A stretch of DNA of 64,000 nucleotides, from NCBI GenBank assembly GCA_963808235.1, contig CAWEEQ010000004.1, positions 1,120,001-1,184,000 of the forward strand, given 5' to 3'. Positions within the stretch are counted from its first letter, which is position 1; every line of letters begins with the position of its first letter. The stretch is from an uncultured delta proteobacterium. GTDB lineage: Bacteria > Desulfobacterota > Binatia > Binatales > Binataceae. Shown in pieces: positions 18,796 through 30,301 of the stretch. The notes beneath the pieces were generated by a model. The model was given only the letters and a program-made list of their open reading frames with translations, did no database searches and was not told the DNA's origin. A program made the translations under genes and the position numbers.

Positions 18796-18995
18796 AGGTC
18801 GGTACCCTGGCACGCGAATCGCTTAAATGAACGCCCGATCATCGCCAAGCCTCTGCAACCCTGTGACTAAAGGTCACAGAATGGGGGCTTTGTGCTGACT
18901 TTGGCGGCTCCTGCGGGCGAAGACGCACCACCGCACCGCGCCCAAAAGCGACCGAGTACTTGAGTGTCAAACTTTCGTGCCTATGATCTTGAAAT

Positions 18996-20186
18996 ATGAG
19001 ATTCGGTGGAAACCCTAGCGCTGATGATGTCCTGGACCTGGTGAAGAACGCCGTCCATGAAGACCGAGAGCTCGATTATAAGCAAACCCTCCCCGGCAAC
19101 TCTCCAGACTCCCATCGCGATTTTCTCTACGACGCCGCATCGCTGGCGAACGCGGCGGGCGGTCTGCTCATATTCGGAGTTCGTGAACGCCGAGATGACG
19201 CGGGCAAGCCGACCGGCGAGCCGGAAGCGGCCCCGGGGTTGGCGGGTTTCAACCAAGACGCGGCTATTCAGCGGCTGGAATCGATGTTGCGCGATGGGAT
19301 TGAACCGAGGCTCCCTGGCGTGAGGGCGCACGTCGTTTCGGGACTAAGCGACGGACCAGCGCTCGTGTTCGCAATTCCCAGGAGCTGGGCGGGGCCGCAT
19401 ATGGTTAAGTATGGCGGCATGGCTCGATTCTATACCCGTAATAATCGCGGCAACGAACCAATGAATTACCAGCAGATAAGGGACGCATTCGCAGCGTCGT
19501 TGGACGTGATCGAAAAAGCGCGCAACTTCCGCGGTAAGCGGATCCGTCAAATTGAATACGGAGGGCGTCTTCCAACAGCTCTTCAAGGCTCTGCGCGCTC
19601 GGTCCTTCACTTGATTCCGCTGTCAACGATTGGCCAAGCCGACGCCGTCGACTTACCCCGTCCACGCCGGGAAATCGGCCTAATGCCTCCTCCAGGCTGG
19701 AGAGAGGCACGCTCAATGGGCGAAAGAATGAACTTTGATGGGTATGCGCGAACCGACGAGAGGGTTTCGTATGTACAGCTTTTCAGATCCGGCGCTCTCG
19801 AGGCGGTTGATTCGCACCTGCTGAACTTTGCGCCCATGCCCAACAAGATTCCCTGGCCGACTCTGGGGAAAGAGTTAATAGAGCAATCCCGACGTTATTT
19901 GAAGTGTCTAGACGCCTTAGGGTGCGATCCGCCGCTCGCCATCGCAGTGAGTTTGATCAATGTGCAAAATTTCTCGATCGGGCGGGATGGCGGACCTTCC
20001 TTCCCTCCTACGCGAGAGCTCGATCTTCGCATTCTTTCGATACCCGAGGTGGTAATCGAGAGTCTCGAAGTTGATGTGCCACGCGTAATGCAGCCGATCT
20101 TCGATATCTTGTGGCAATCCTGCGGACGTGATCGTTGCGACAACTACGATCCGGCCGGCAATTGCAACATTGTGCTCGAAGACTAA
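18996..20186 (+). CDS. Schlafen/AlbA_2-domain protein with an uncharacterised C-terminal domain
   Basis: EDRELDYK, AASLANAAGGLLIFGV, IEPRL, PHMV..RFYTR. Confidence 0.85.
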   Translation: MRFGGNPSADDVLDLVKNAVHEDRELDYKQTLPGNSPDSHRDFLYDAASLANAAGGLLIFGVRERRDDAGKPTGEPEAAPGLAGFNQDAAIQRLESMLRDGIEPRLPGVRAHVVSGLSDGPALVFAIPRSWAGPHMVKYGGMARFYTRNNRGNEPMNYQQIRDAFAASLDVIEKARNFRGKRIRQIEYGGRLPTALQGSARSVLHLIPLSTIGQADAVDLPRPRREIGLMPPPGWREARSMGERMNFDGYARTDERVSYVQLFRSGALEAVDSHLLNFAPMPNKIPWPTLGKELIEQSRRYLKCLDALGCDPPLAIAVSLINVQNFSIGRDGGPSFPPTRELDLRILSIPEVVIESLEVDVPRVMQPIFDILWQSCGRDRCDNYDPAGNCNIVLED

Positions 20187-20319
20187 CGGCCCAAATGAAT
20201 CGGAGGAAGCGTCGTAAGCAGATAAACTACTACGGCCACCATTACTTCGAGGGCGACGCAGTGCGGGCGCTCGCGCCGAAGTCCCGGACGGCTCATGCAC
20301 TCCTTGCCCGAAAATTTCC

Positions 20320-20844
20320 GTGAAGATTGATACATCGCGGCTGAGCGTCGTGATGACGGAGCATCCGGGCGAGCTTATGGATCCGGCGGCAGTGATGCGC
20401 GTCTTCAACAGCAATCCGGATTTTATTGATGACTCCGAAGGGCGGGTCGGGAAGTTTGCGTATGCGCTCGACGAAGTGGCGGGGTGGGCGATGTTCCGGG
20501 AGCCGGTCAGAGAGCATCAGCGGTACTTTGCGATTCGGCCGCTCGGCAGCGATGAGTTGATTGGGATGGGCGATATGCTGACGCCGCATCCGAGCGGCAA
20601 CTGGGCGGCGCTGGGCCTGCTGATATTGCATCGCGAATGGCAGGGCCGCGGGCTGGGCCGCGAGGCTGCCGAGGCGATCGAAGCGATGCTCGCGGCGGAG
20701 CGATGGCCCGAAGTGGAACTGGTGGTGCTGCAAGTGCGGCCGCGCTCGCGTCGCTTCTGGGAGAGTTGTGGGTATCGGTATTTCCGGGATTCGGCCAATG
20801 AGACGAATCAACCGGTCTGGGTGCTCCGCAAGCCGCTCGGCTGA
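20320..20844 (+). CDS. GNAT N-acetyltransferase
   Basis: LGLLILHREWQGRGLGR, RRFWESCGY. Confidence 0.85.
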   Translation: MKIDTSRLSVVMTEHPGELMDPAAVMRVFNSNPDFIDDSEGRVGKFAYALDEVAGWAMFREPVREHQRYFAIRPLGSDELIGMGDMLTPHPSGNWAALGLLILHREWQGRGLGREAAEAIEAMLAAERWPEVELVVLQVRPRSRRFWESCGYRYFRDSANETNQPVWVLRKPLG

Positions 20845-20905
20845 TACGGTCCTAAGTCGCCGATTCAGATCGCATTTTTTAGGAGACCGCTTTAAGATTC
20901 GGCGC

Positions 20906-22204
20906 ATGCGCCGAACAGCCCGAATCGCGTTTATGTCGGTTGCGGCGATGTTGGCCGCAGGATGGGTCGAGGCGTACGCGCAGACTGGCGCGGCGGCTTC
21001 GCCGATCGCATCGCCAGGCCCCGCCGCGGCGGAGACACTGAAGCCCGGTACGATCGTTGGCGCGGACAACGCCGAACAATACGCGCGCTATCTTCCAGCC
21101 GCCGGCAAGTTTGCTATCGCGCATGGGTTCCGGATGCGGATCACGCCCGAGCGCCGGATCGAGTGGTCCGCGGGCTTCCGGCACGCGACCGAAAAATACT
21201 CGCCCCAAGTCACGCTCGACAGCGACGACTACATCAAGAATTACATAGCCGGGATGCCTTTTCCGCTGGTCGATCCAACCGATCCGAAAGCCGCGGTCAA
21301 AGTCGCTTACAACTGGCACATGGGACCGTTCATGCCCGACGATTTCTCGCTCGCACCATGGAGCAGCAACGGTTACGCGCCCGATCCCGCCAACCCAAAT
21401 CGAATCGTTCCGAAAAGCGACAAGGATTATGTCTGCGAGCAGTTTGAATTTCTCCGCTACGCGCATCGCACCGACGTCGATCCGCGCCCGACCATGGGCG
21501 ACAACGCGAACGGCTTCGAATGGAAGGCGAGATGCAATCGATGGGAAAGCGATCTGTCCGACAATCAGACCGGCGAAGGCGCGGGAATCTGGATCCGCTA
21601 CCTGGACCCGAAGCGTCCCGACGAATTTTTCGCTTTCATTGAGGCCACCCGCCGGGTCCGCCGGCTCGCGGTGAACCTCGACTATCCCAATGAATTCTGC
21701 CGCGGATGTCATCAGCCGTTCTGGGCCTATGCGTTGCCCAAGACCGAGAAGTATTTGTACCGCCTGCTCGGCACCACGACCCTGCTCGCATGTCTTGCGG
21801 CGGACGACGAACCGGCCGGATTCAAGAACGGGGCGAACGGGATGGTGCTCAGCGAGGAACCCTTCGAGCTTCGACACGCATACATTATCGAGATGAGACC
21901 GCGATTTCCCGACGCGACCTCGCAGGGCCTGAGGACCATCGTCTATGTGGACAGCGAAGTGTACGTATGGCTGGCGGCTGAGTTTTATGAATCGAGCGGG
22001 CTGACTGCGACTGCGATGCCGCTATGGCGGATGCGTCCGGCGGCCGAAGGCGGAAACCTGTTCGATCTTGCCGGCAGCTTCTACCGTCCCGAGCGCGACG
22101 GTTCATATTTCCGCTCGCTGATCCCGGCGCACAATGAATTCAAGCAGATAATAAACAGCGGCGACGTGTCGGAAAGCGCGTTCAATCCCCAGATGATGCA
22201 TTGA
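20906..22204 (+). CDS. DUF1329-like exported protein
   Basis: Signal peptide; PGTIV..DN, YIAGMPFP..DP.DPKAAVKVAYN, RRVRRL. Confidence 0.72.
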   Translation: MRRTARIAFMSVAAMLAAGWVEAYAQTGAAASPIASPGPAAAETLKPGTIVGADNAEQYARYLPAAGKFAIAHGFRMRITPERRIEWSAGFRHATEKYSPQVTLDSDDYIKNYIAGMPFPLVDPTDPKAAVKVAYNWHMGPFMPDDFSLAPWSSNGYAPDPANPNRIVPKSDKDYVCEQFEFLRYAHRTDVDPRPTMGDNANGFEWKARCNRWESDLSDNQTGEGAGIWIRYLDPKRPDEFFAFIEATRRVRRLAVNLDYPNEFCRGCHQPFWAYALPKTEKYLYRLLGTTTLLACLAADDEPAGFKNGANGMVLSEEPFELRHAYIIEMRPRFPDATSQGLRTIVYVDSEVYVWLAAEFYESSGLTATAMPLWRMRPAAEGGNLFDLAGSFYRPERDGSYFRSLIPAHNEFKQIINSGDVSESAFNPQMMH

Positions 22205-22240
22205 GGCGACGGCCGCAACCGTCTTCAAACTTCCCGAGCG

Positions 22241-22636
22241 TCACGGCGAACGATGCTCGTCGCAGGTTTTGCGAATAATCGCCAGCAGGCGGTCGACTTC
22301 GACCGGCTTTGGAAGAAAAGCCTCGACACCTTCGAGCGGCATCGGTGGCACCACGCTGCCCGAAACCACCACCACCGGAATCTGACGCAGCGCCGGATCG
22401 GCGGCCCGAAATTTCAGGAATTGGCGGCCGTCCACGACCGGCATCGCCAAATCCAGGACCACCATGCAGGGAGGTTGCGGAACGCTTTTCAGCACATCGA
22501 GCGCTTTCCGGCCATTTTCAGCTTTCAGAACGGAGTAGCCCTTCTCGTCGAGCAACTCCGATAGTGATTCGCGAATGAACGGATCGTCGTCCACCACCAT
22601 AACAGTTTCGTTCGCTCGCTTTTTGCGTCGAGGCAT
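22241..22636 (-). CDS. Single-domain response regulator (CheY-like)
   Basis: VMVVDDD, VLDLAMPVVDG, FLPKP. Confidence 0.9.
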   Translation of the reverse strand: MPRRKKRANETVMVVDDDPFIRESLSELLDEKGYSVLKAENGRKALDVLKSVPQPPCMVVLDLAMPVVDGRQFLKFRAADPALRQIPVVVVSGSVVPPMPLEGVEAFLPKPVEVDRLLAIIRKTCDEHRSP

Positions 22637-23359
22637 TGCCAGGAATCTCCAACATTCAGGTGAAAAGTGAAAATAAGTGAGCAAGGACCAAGCCGCGGGA
22701 TAACTTCAGGTGGCGATTTGTTCTCTAGCGTACATTTCCATAGCTAAAGCCGAATACCGGCGTCAAAAATGCCTGCGCTAAATCGGCCGCGACTTGTGTC
22801 GATTACGAGAAACCGTCGTTCCAATACGCATCGGCGGAGCACCGCAACTCGTCCCGACCGAAGCACGGGAAGTCGAATGCCTCGGCGCGCGGGCGAGGGA
22901 CACTCGGAAAATGTTCGAATCTGACTATAGAGTTCCCTTTGAGAAGTGTGAAGCGGGTAAAAACTTCCTTCACATTTTACCGACGCCCATGGAATTCTCG
23001 GCGCGTTTTCAGACGCCACGGCTGATAATCGCTCACTTATCAGAATCAACGATCAATTTTATGCATTGGCGCGTATTTTGCGTCTTGCGGACCACAATGG
23101 TTCTGCGCGTAACGGACTGGGGAGACCGTACAGACAGTTGAAGCCTGAATACGCTCAATCGCCGACGCTAAGCTATTCCTTTCACACCCCCGCCTCTTTG
23201 TACTCGTGGGCTGCGATCGCCGACGACAAGAAGTGCCCAATCTGCGGCATCCGGCATGACGCGCCCAGGGTATCGCTCCCGGCAAAGCAGTCTATCGGCT
23301 CCCCATCCAACCCAAGCCATTGATTCGCCGCGACCGCTCTTTTTGTGGAGGGAAAAATC

Positions 23360-26300
23360 GTGGATTCTGACGAAACCACTCGTGAACCCGTGGCGCCCAA
23401 GCGCAGCCGCTCCCGCAACGGCAATGGTGTCGAAGCTGCGGGCCCAGCGGAACATCCCGCGCCTGCCGTCGAAGGCGATGGCCGCCCAGCTCGCAACGGG
23501 AAGAATGGCGCCGGCGCCCGCAGCCTCGACCAATCGCATCTGAACAAGCTTCTCAGCGCGATGTCAGCGGCCGGCGATGGCGATTTCACGGTGCGGCTGC
23601 CGGTCGGCGCCGACGACGGAATCCTCGGCAAGCTGGCCGAAAAGTTCAACGAAGTAGTCGAGCGCAACGAGGCGATGGCGCGTGAGATCACGCGCGTCGA
23701 GCAAGCAGTCCGGCACGAAGGCTTGATGACGGAGCGCGCGACGTTGCATGGCGCCAACGGCGGATGGCGTCTGATTTTAAGTTCGATCAACTCGCTGATC
23801 GGCGGCCTGGTGCAGCCGACCACCGAGGTTGCCCGCGTTATCAGCGCGGTTGCCGAAGGCGACTTGAGCCAGAAGATGGCGCTCGAGATCGATGGGCAAC
23901 CGGTAAAGGGCGAGTTCCTGCGGATTGGGACCACGGTTAACGTCATGGTCGATCAGCTGAACTCATTCGCATCAGAAGTTACCCGCGTGGCGCGCGAAGT
24001 CGGCACGGAAGGAAAACTCGGCGGCCAGGCCGACGTCAAGGGCGTTTCGGGAGTCTGGAAGGATCTAACCGACAACGTCAACGTGCTGGCCGGCAACCTG
24101 ACCGACCAGGTGCGAAATATCGCGAAGGTCACGACCGCAGTCGCGAACGGAGACCTCTCGCAGAAGATCACGGTCGATGTAAAAGGCGAAATCCTCGAGC
24201 TGAAAATCACTATCAACACGATGGTGGATCAGCTCCGCTCCTTCGGCGCGGAAGTTACCCGGGTGGCGCGCGAAGTCGGCACCGAAGGGAAGCTCGGCGG
24301 CCAGGCCGACGTGCGCGGCGTTTCGGGGGTCTGGAAGGACCTGACCGACAACGTCAATCTGATGGCCTCCAACCTGACCACCCAGGTCCGCGGCATCGTG
24401 AAAGTTATCACGGCGGTTGCCAACGGCGACCTGTCACCGAAATTGGAAGTGTCGGCCAAGGGCGAGGTCGCGGCTCTGGCCGATACGCTCAACGGGATGA
24501 CCAAGACGCTCGCGATCTTCGCCGAGCAGGTTACCGACGTGGCGCGCACGGTCGGCGTGGAAGGAAAGCTGGGTGCGCAAGCAGAGGTTCCGGGGGTCGC
24601 AGGAACCTGGAAGGACTTGACCGACAACGTCAACGTGCTCGCGCGCAACCTGACCGACCAGGTGCGAAATATCGCGGAAGTTACGACCGCAGTCGCCAAT
24701 GGCGACCTGTCGAAGAAGATCATCGTCGATGCGAAGGGCGAGGTGCTCGAGCTGAAGAGCACGATCAACGCGATGGTCGATCAGCTTAGCTCGTTCGCCG
24801 ATGAAGTCACCCGCGTGGCAAAGGAAGTCGGCACCGACGGCAAGCTTGGCGGCCAGGCGCAGGTCCGGGGCGCATCGGGAACCTGGAAGGACTTGACCGA
24901 CAACGTTAACGTGCTGGCGCGCAACCTGACCGACCAGGTGCGAAATATCGCGGAAGTTACGACCGCGGTCGCCAAAGGCGATCTGTCCAGGAAGATCTCG
25001 GTCGACGCGCGCGGCGAGGTGCTGGAGCTGAAAAACACCATGAACGTCATGGTGGATCAGCTCAATTCGTTCGGCGCGGAAGTTACCCGCGTGGCGCGCG
25101 AAGTCGGCACGGAAGGAAAGCTCGGCGGCCAGGCGGAAGTGCAGGGCGTGTCAGGGACCTGGAAAGACTTGACCGACAACGTTAACTCGATGGCGTCGAA
25201 CCTCACGACCCAGGTCCGAAATATCGCGCAGGTTACGACCGCGGTCGCGAGCGGCGACCTGTCGAAGAAGATCACGGTCGATGTCAAAGGGGAGATCCTC
25301 GAGCTGAAGAACACGATCAATACGATGGTGGATCAGCTCAATTCGTTCGCCTCGGAAGTTACCCGCGTGGCGCGCGAGGTCGGCACCGAAGGACGCCTCG
25401 GCGGCCAGGCGGAAGTGCGCGGCGTTTCGGGGGTCTGGAAGGACCTCACCGACAACGTCAACTTCATGGCGAGAAACCTTACCACCCAGGTCCGCGGGAT
25501 CGTCAAAGTCGTGACCGCGGTCGCCAACGGAGAACTGAAACAAAAGCTGGTCGTCGAAGCGGCGGGCGAGGTCGCCGCGCTGGCCGAGACGATCAACAAC
25601 ATGACCGACACGCTGAGCACCTTTGCCGAGCAGGTCAGCACGGTGGCTCGCGAGGTCGGCGTGGAAGGAAAACTGGGCGGCCAGGCGCGAGTGCCCGGCG
25701 TCGCAGGAACGTGGAAGGATCTGACCGACAACGTCAATTTCATGGCCTCGAACCTGACCACCCAGGTCCGGGGAATCGTCAAGGTCGTGACCGCGGTTGC
25801 CAATGGCGACCTGAAACAGAAGCTGGTCGGAGTGGAAGCCAAGGGCGAGATCGCGGCCCTGGCCGACACGATCAACAGCATGACGGACACGCTCGGAATC
25901 TTCGCCGACCAGGTCACCACGGTGGCGCGCGAAGTCGGAATCGAAGGGAAGCTCGGCGGACAGGCGAAGGTGCCTGGCGCGGCCGGCACGTGGCGCGACT
26001 TGACCGACAACGTCAATCAGCTCGCAGGAAACCTGACTGCCCAGGTCCGGGCGATCTCCGACGTGTCGACCGCAGTTACCAAGGGCGACCTGACCCGATC
26101 GATTCGGGTCGAGGCGGCGGGCGAAGTCGCCGCGCTGTCGGACAATATCAACCAGATGATCGTCAATCTGCGCGAGACGACGCAGAAAAACACCGAGCAG
26201 GACTGGCTCAAGACCAACCTGGCGCGGTTCTCCAGTATGATGAGCGGCCAGAAAAACCTGGAGTCGGTGTCGCGAATGATCATGTCGGAACTGACCCCGC

Positions 26301-28183
26301 TGGTGTCGGCGCATCATGGCGCATTTTTCCTGATGGACACCGACGACGACGAAGAAGTCCTGAAGCTGACCAACACTTACGCCTATCGGCAGCGCAAGGG
26401 AGTCTCAAACCGATTCGCGCTCGGCGAGGGTCTGGTCGGCCAGTGCGCGCTCGAGAAGAAGAGCATCCTGGTGAGCGGCGCGCCGGGCGACTACATCCAA
26501 ATCAGCTCGGGTCTCGGCGAGGCGCCGCCGGTCAACATCATCGTGCTGCCGATCCTGTTTGAGGGAGAGGTCAAGGCGGTAATCGAGCTGGCGTCGTTCA
26601 ATCCGTTCAGCGCGATCCATCAGATTTTCCTCGACCAGCTGAGCGAGAGTATCGGCGTCGTGCTGAACATGATCATGGCCAATATGCGCACCGAGCAACT
26701 GCTGCAGCAGTCGCAAGGCCTGACCCAGGAACTGCAGAATCAGTCGAACGAGCTGACTTCGCAACAGGACGCGTTGAAGCAGACCAACAACGCACTGGAA
26801 CGGCAGGCGCTCGAACTGGAAGAGAAAGCAAAACTGCTCGAGGAACAGAACGCCAAGGTCGAGGTCAAGAACCGCGAAGTCGAGCAGGCGCGCAAATCGT
26901 TGGAGGAAAAGGCCGAGCAGCTCGCGCTGGTATCCAAGTACAAGTCGGAATTCCTTGCCAACATGTCGCATGAGCTGCGCACGCCTTTGAACAGCCTGCT
27001 GCTTCTTTCCAAGGTGCTTTCCGAGAACAAGGAAACCAACTTGAGCGAGAAGCAGATGGAGTACATCCGCACCATCTACAGTTCCGGCACCGATCTGATG
27101 AAGCTCATCAACGAGGTTCTCGATCTGTCGAAGGTCGAAGCCGGAAAGATGGAGCTGGAGCCGCGCGATCTTCCTGCCTCGGATATTATCGACTTCGTCC
27201 GGCGGAGCTTTGGGCCCCTGGCGGAGCAGAAGAACCTGAAATTCAGCGTCGAGATGGCGGCCGGAGTTCCAGAAGAAATCCGCACCGATCAGCAGCGCCT
27301 CGAACAGGTCCTCAAGAACCTGCTCGCCAACGCGTTCAAATTCACCGAGGAAGGTTCGGTGCGATTCCGCGTCGAGATGGCGCCGCCGACCAAGTACTTC
27401 GAGAGCGAATCGTTGAAGATCGCGGGCAAGGTGATCGCGATGTCGGTGACCGATACCGGCATCGGGATTGCGCGCAACAAACACCGGCTGATCTTCGAAG
27501 CCTTCCAGCAGGCGGACGGCAGCACCAGCCGCAAATACGGCGGCACCGGACTCGGACTTTCGATAAGCCGCGAAATCGCGCAGGCGCTGGGCGGCGAGAT
27601 CCAGGTCCAGAGCGACTTGGGCGAGGGCAGCACGTTTACGCTGTACCTGCCGATCAGATATCAGGCGGCCGCAGGAGTGCCGGCGCGTCGCGATACCGAG
27701 TTGGACTATCCGTCGAAATCGCAGGCGCTGAGCGAAAGTTTGCGGACCGGCTCTGCGACGGTGGCCGAACTGCAAAAGGCCGACTACTCACTCACCGGCA
27801 AAACGGTTCTGATCGTGGACGACGATCCGCGCAACATTTTCGCGATCACCAGCCTGCTCGAAGGCGAGGGCATGAAGGTGCTGTCGGCGGAAAATGGCCG
27901 CGCCGGAATCGACATGATCGAGCAGCATCCGGACATCGACATCGTGCTGATGGACATCATGATGCCCGACATGGACGGCTACGAGACCATGAAGATCATC
28001 AGGAGCGATCCGAAGAAGCGATACCTGCCGGTGATCGCGGTGACTGCCAAGGCGCTCAAGGCCGATCGCGAACGCTGCATGACGGCGGGAGCTTCGGACT
28101 ACCTGTCGAAGCCGGTCGACGAGTCGCAGTTGGTTGATTTAATCGGAATCTGGGCCAGTGGCGCGCGGCCGCAGTCGGTATAG
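23360..28183 (+). CDS. Cytoplasmic poly-HAMP hybrid histidine kinase (HAMP array-GAF-HisKA-HATPase-REC)
   Basis: Eight W(K/R)DLTDNVN repeats; [46 protein letters not shown] start follows GGAGGG. Confidence 0.95.
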   Translation: MDSDETTREPVAPKRSRSRNGNGVEAAGPAEHPAPAVEGDGRPARNGKNGAGARSLDQSHLNKLLSAMSAAGDGDFTVRLPVGADDGILGKLAEKFNEVVERNEAMAREITRVEQAVRHEGLMTERATLHGANGGWRLILSSINSLIGGLVQPTTEVARVISAVAEGDLSQKMALEIDGQPVKGEFLRIGTTVNVMVDQLNSFASEVTRVAREVGTEGKLGGQADVKGVSGVWKDLTDNVNVLAGNLTDQVRNIAKVTTAVANGDLSQKITVDVKGEILELKITINTMVDQLRSFGAEVTRVAREVGTEGKLGGQADVRGVSGVWKDLTDNVNLMASNLTTQVRGIVKVITAVANGDLSPKLEVSAKGEVAALADTLNGMTKTLAIFAEQVTDVARTVGVEGKLGAQAEVPGVAGTWKDLTDNVNVLARNLTDQVRNIAEVTTAVANGDLSKKIIVDAKGEVLELKSTINAMVDQLSSFADEVTRVAKEVGTDGKLGGQAQVRGASGTWKDLTDNVNVLARNLTDQVRNIAEVTTAVAKGDLSRKISVDARGEVLELKNTMNVMVDQLNSFGAEVTRVAREVGTEGKLGGQAEVQGVSGTWKDLTDNVNSMASNLTTQVRNIAQVTTAVASGDLSKKITVDVKGEILELKNTINTMVDQLNSFASEVTRVAREVGTEGRLGGQAEVRGVSGVWKDLTDNVNFMARNLTTQVRGIVKVVTAVANGELKQKLVVEAAGEVAALAETINNMTDTLSTFAEQVSTVAREVGVEGKLGGQARVPGVAGTWKDLTDNVNFMASNLTTQVRGIVKVVTAVANGDLKQKLVGVEAKGEIAALADTINSMTDTLGIFADQVTTVAREVGIEGKLGGQAKVPGAAGTWRDLTDNVNQLAGNLTAQVRAISDVSTAVTKGDLTRSIRVEAAGEVAALSDNINQMIVNLRETTQKNTEQDWLKTNLARFSSMMSGQKNLESVSRMIMSELTPLVSAHHGAFFLMDTDDDEEVLKLTNTYAYRQRKGVSNRFALGEGLVGQCALEKKSILVSGAPGDYIQISSGLGEAPPVNIIVLPILFEGEVKAVIELASFNPFSAIHQIFLDQLSESIGVVLNMIMANMRTEQLLQQSQGLTQELQNQSNELTSQQDALKQTNNALERQALELEEKAKLLEEQNAKVEVKNREVEQARKSLEEKAEQLALVSKYKSEFLANMSHELRTPLNSLLLLSKVLSENKETNLSEKQMEYIRTIYSSGTDLMKLINEVLDLSKVEAGKMELEPRDLPASDIIDFVRRSFGPLAEQKNLKFSVEMAAGVPEEIRTDQQRLEQVLKNLLANAFKFTEEGSVRFRVEMAPPTKYFESESLKIAGKVIAMSVTDTGIGIARNKHRLIFEAFQQADGSTSRKYGGTGLGLSISREIAQALGGEIQVQSDLGEGSTFTLYLPIRYQAAAGVPARRDTELDYPSKSQALSESLRTGSATVAELQKADYSLTGKTVLIVDDDPRNIFAITSLLEGEGMKVLSAENGRAGIDMIEQHPDIDIVLMDIMMPDMDGYETMKIIRSDPKKRYLPVIAVTAKALKADRERCMTAGASDYLSKPVDESQLVDLIGIWASGARPQSV
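23930..26040 (+). repeat. About 276-bp intragenic tandem repeats encoding the poly-HAMP array
   Basis: Recurrent ACCGACAACGT(C/T)AA at about 276-bp intervals. Confidence 0.9.
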
Positions 28184-28299
28184 GCAATAGCTATAGCCAG
28201 TAGCTATATGTTCCTGCGCACATGCGACGCCGCAGAAGGCATTCGGAAGAGCAGACGAGGCGCGGACCGGTGAAGGTAGTAAGTTCACTAGCAACGCGA

Positions 28300-30255
28300 A
28301 TGGGACCGGCGGAAGCGACGGCCAGCATCCTGCTGGTCGATGATCGCCCGGCGAATCTGGTCGCACTCGAAGCCATCCTGGATCCGCTCGAGGCGCGACT
28401 GGTCAAGGCGAATTCCGGCGAAGAGGCGTTGCAAAAGATCACCGAGCATGACTTCGCGGTCATCCTGATGGATGTGCGGATGCCAGGGATGGACGGACTG
28501 CGCGCGATCGAATTGATCAAGCAGCGCGAGGAGTCCGCGCGGATACCGATCATCCTGCTCACCGCGGTATCGATCGACAGCTCCGACATATCGGGCGGCT
28601 ACGCGCTCGGCGCGGTGGACTTTATTCTGAAGCCGTTTGATCCCGTGATTCTGCGCTCGAAGATTTCCGTTTTCGTCGACCTCTATCTGAAAGAGCAGAT
28701 GATCAAGCGGCAAGCGGAATTGCTCCGCCAGCGCGAACGGGAGGCATTCGAGCGCCGCAGCGAGCAGCGGTTTCGGGCTTTGATGGACGCGCTTCCGCAA
28801 TGTGTGTGGGCAGCGCGATCGGACCTGGAGTTCTACTACTGGAACAAGCGCGCCGCGGAATATTCGGGTGAGCCCGGCGATCAACCCGTCGCCCATAGCC
28901 GGCTACTCGCGCAGGTGCATCCCGACGATCAGGCGCTCGCGGCCGCGGAATGGGAAGCCGCAACCAAGTCCGAACGCGACTCTACCTGCCAGGTGAGACT
29001 CCGGCGTCAGCGCGATGGCGCGTTTGCGTGGTTCCTGGTCCGGATAGTGCCGCTGCGTGAATCTGAAAGGCTGACGGGATGGATCGTGGCGGCGACCGAC
29101 ATCGACGTGCAGCATCACGCATTGGAGCAGGCTGAGGCCGCGAACCGGATGAAAGAGGAGTTCCTGGCGGTCGTCTCGCACGAGTTGCGCAATCCGCTCA
29201 ACGCGATCAAGGTTTGGACCCATCTCCTGCGCCAGGGGAAGCTCGATCCGAAAAAAAGAGAAAAAGCGATGGAGACAATCGAGCGCAACGTCGATCTCCA
29301 GACGTCGCTCGTCGAAGATATCCTCGACGTTTCGAGCATCGTTCGCGGCAAGGTGAAGTTGACGCTGCGCCCGCAGCGGCTTTCCCCGATAATCGGGGCC
29401 GCGATGACGGTGGTGAGGCCTGGCGCCGAGGCCAAAGGAGTGGAACTCGAGTACGAGTGCGAAGCTCCCGAGGAGGTAATAAGTGCCGACGCCGAGCGCC
29501 TGCAGCAGGTCTTCTGGAACCTGCTCTCGAATGCGGTGAAGTTCACGCCTCACGGCGGCAAAGTGACGGTTCGCCTCAGCCGGCAGGGGCATCAAGCGCT
29601 CGTGATGGTGCGCGATAACGGGCAGGGAATCAGTCCGGAGTTTTTGCCGTATGTGTTCGACCGATTCCGTCAGGCCGAAAGTCCCTACACTCGAATCAAC
29701 GGAGGACTCGGGCTCGGGCTCGCGATCGCGCGGCAACTGGTCGAGCTCCATGGAGGCAATGTGACCGCGGATAGCGAGGGTACGGACAAGGGCTCAACCT
29801 TCTGGATTTTATTGCCGATCAAGGAAAAAGCCGCCGAGGCTCATCCAGATGACCGTCACATCGACGAGCGCGCGGGGCATCTAAGCGAACTGTCCGTGTT
29901 GGTCGTGGAAGATCAACTGGATTCGCGCGAAGCGTTGGCGGAGGCACTCGAGAGTCTCGGCGCGCGGGTGAAGACGGCGGCATCGGTGCCCGATGCGTTG
30001 CGGTGTCTGGAGAAGGAAACGCCGAGCCTGCTAATCAGCGACATCGCGATGCCGCTGGCGGACGGCTTCGAGCTGATCCGCAAAGTGCGCGAGTTCATAC
30101 CGAGCGAGAAAATGCCCGCGATTGCGATCACCGGACTCAGCAGGCTCGCGGAGCAGGAGAAAGCGCTCGAGGCCGGCTTCCAGGTTTGCATCGTGAAACC
30201 GGCGTCTCTGGAGCTATTGTCGGAATCGATACAGCGGCTGACTACGCACGAGTAG
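28300..30255 (+). CDS. Hybrid kinase REC-PAS-HisKA-HATPase-REC
   Basis: ILLVDDRPAN, LMDVRMP, VHPDD (PAS), SHELRNPLN, NAVKFT, GGLGLGL, ISDIAMP. Start uncertain (28222-28300). Confidence 0.92.
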   Translation: MGPAEATASILLVDDRPANLVALEAILDPLEARLVKANSGEEALQKITEHDFAVILMDVRMPGMDGLRAIELIKQREESARIPIILLTAVSIDSSDISGGYALGAVDFILKPFDPVILRSKISVFVDLYLKEQMIKRQAELLRQREREAFERRSEQRFRALMDALPQCVWAARSDLEFYYWNKRAAEYSGEPGDQPVAHSRLLAQVHPDDQALAAAEWEAATKSERDSTCQVRLRRQRDGAFAWFLVRIVPLRESERLTGWIVAATDIDVQHHALEQAEAANRMKEEFLAVVSHELRNPLNAIKVWTHLLRQGKLDPKKREKAMETIERNVDLQTSLVEDILDVSSIVRGKVKLTLRPQRLSPIIGAAMTVVRPGAEAKGVELEYECEAPEEVISADAERLQQVFWNLLSNAVKFTPHGGKVTVRLSRQGHQALVMVRDNGQGISPEFLPYVFDRFRQAESPYTRINGGLGLGLAIARQLVELHGGNVTADSEGTDKGSTFWILLPIKEKAAEAHPDDRHIDERAGHLSELSVLVVEDQLDSREALAEALESLGARVKTAASVPDALRCLEKETPSLLISDIAMPLADGFELIRKVREFIPSEKMPAIAITGLSRLAEQEKALEAGFQVCIVKPASLELLSESIQRLTTHE

Positions 30256-30301
30256 CATCCCGAGTTCGAATCGTCTACGGGTCTGCTCGGACCGCGCGGA
30301 T

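Larger units (their letters stand above)
16902..20295. mobile_element. 3.4-kb genomic islet at the tRNA-Lys 3' end, bounded by 17-bp direct repeats; no integrase
   Basis: AAGTCCCGGACGGCTCA at 16902-16918 (inside the tRNA) and 20279-20295. Confidence 0.8.

Noticed and set aside
18900-18925. TTGGCGGCTCCTGCGGG, reverse complement resembling a tRNA CCA end (possible second att site)
   Set aside because: Too short, with no T-arm and no partner copy in the window.
20279-20295. Second tRNA gene
   Set aside because: Only the 3' 17 nt match; there is no D or anticodon arm. Interpreted as an att copy.
23953-27775. Series of similar antisense ORFs and periodic DNA repeats resembling an array
   Set aside because: They are shadows of the poly-HAMP coding repeats, with no spacer/repeat structure and no cas genes, so not CRISPR.
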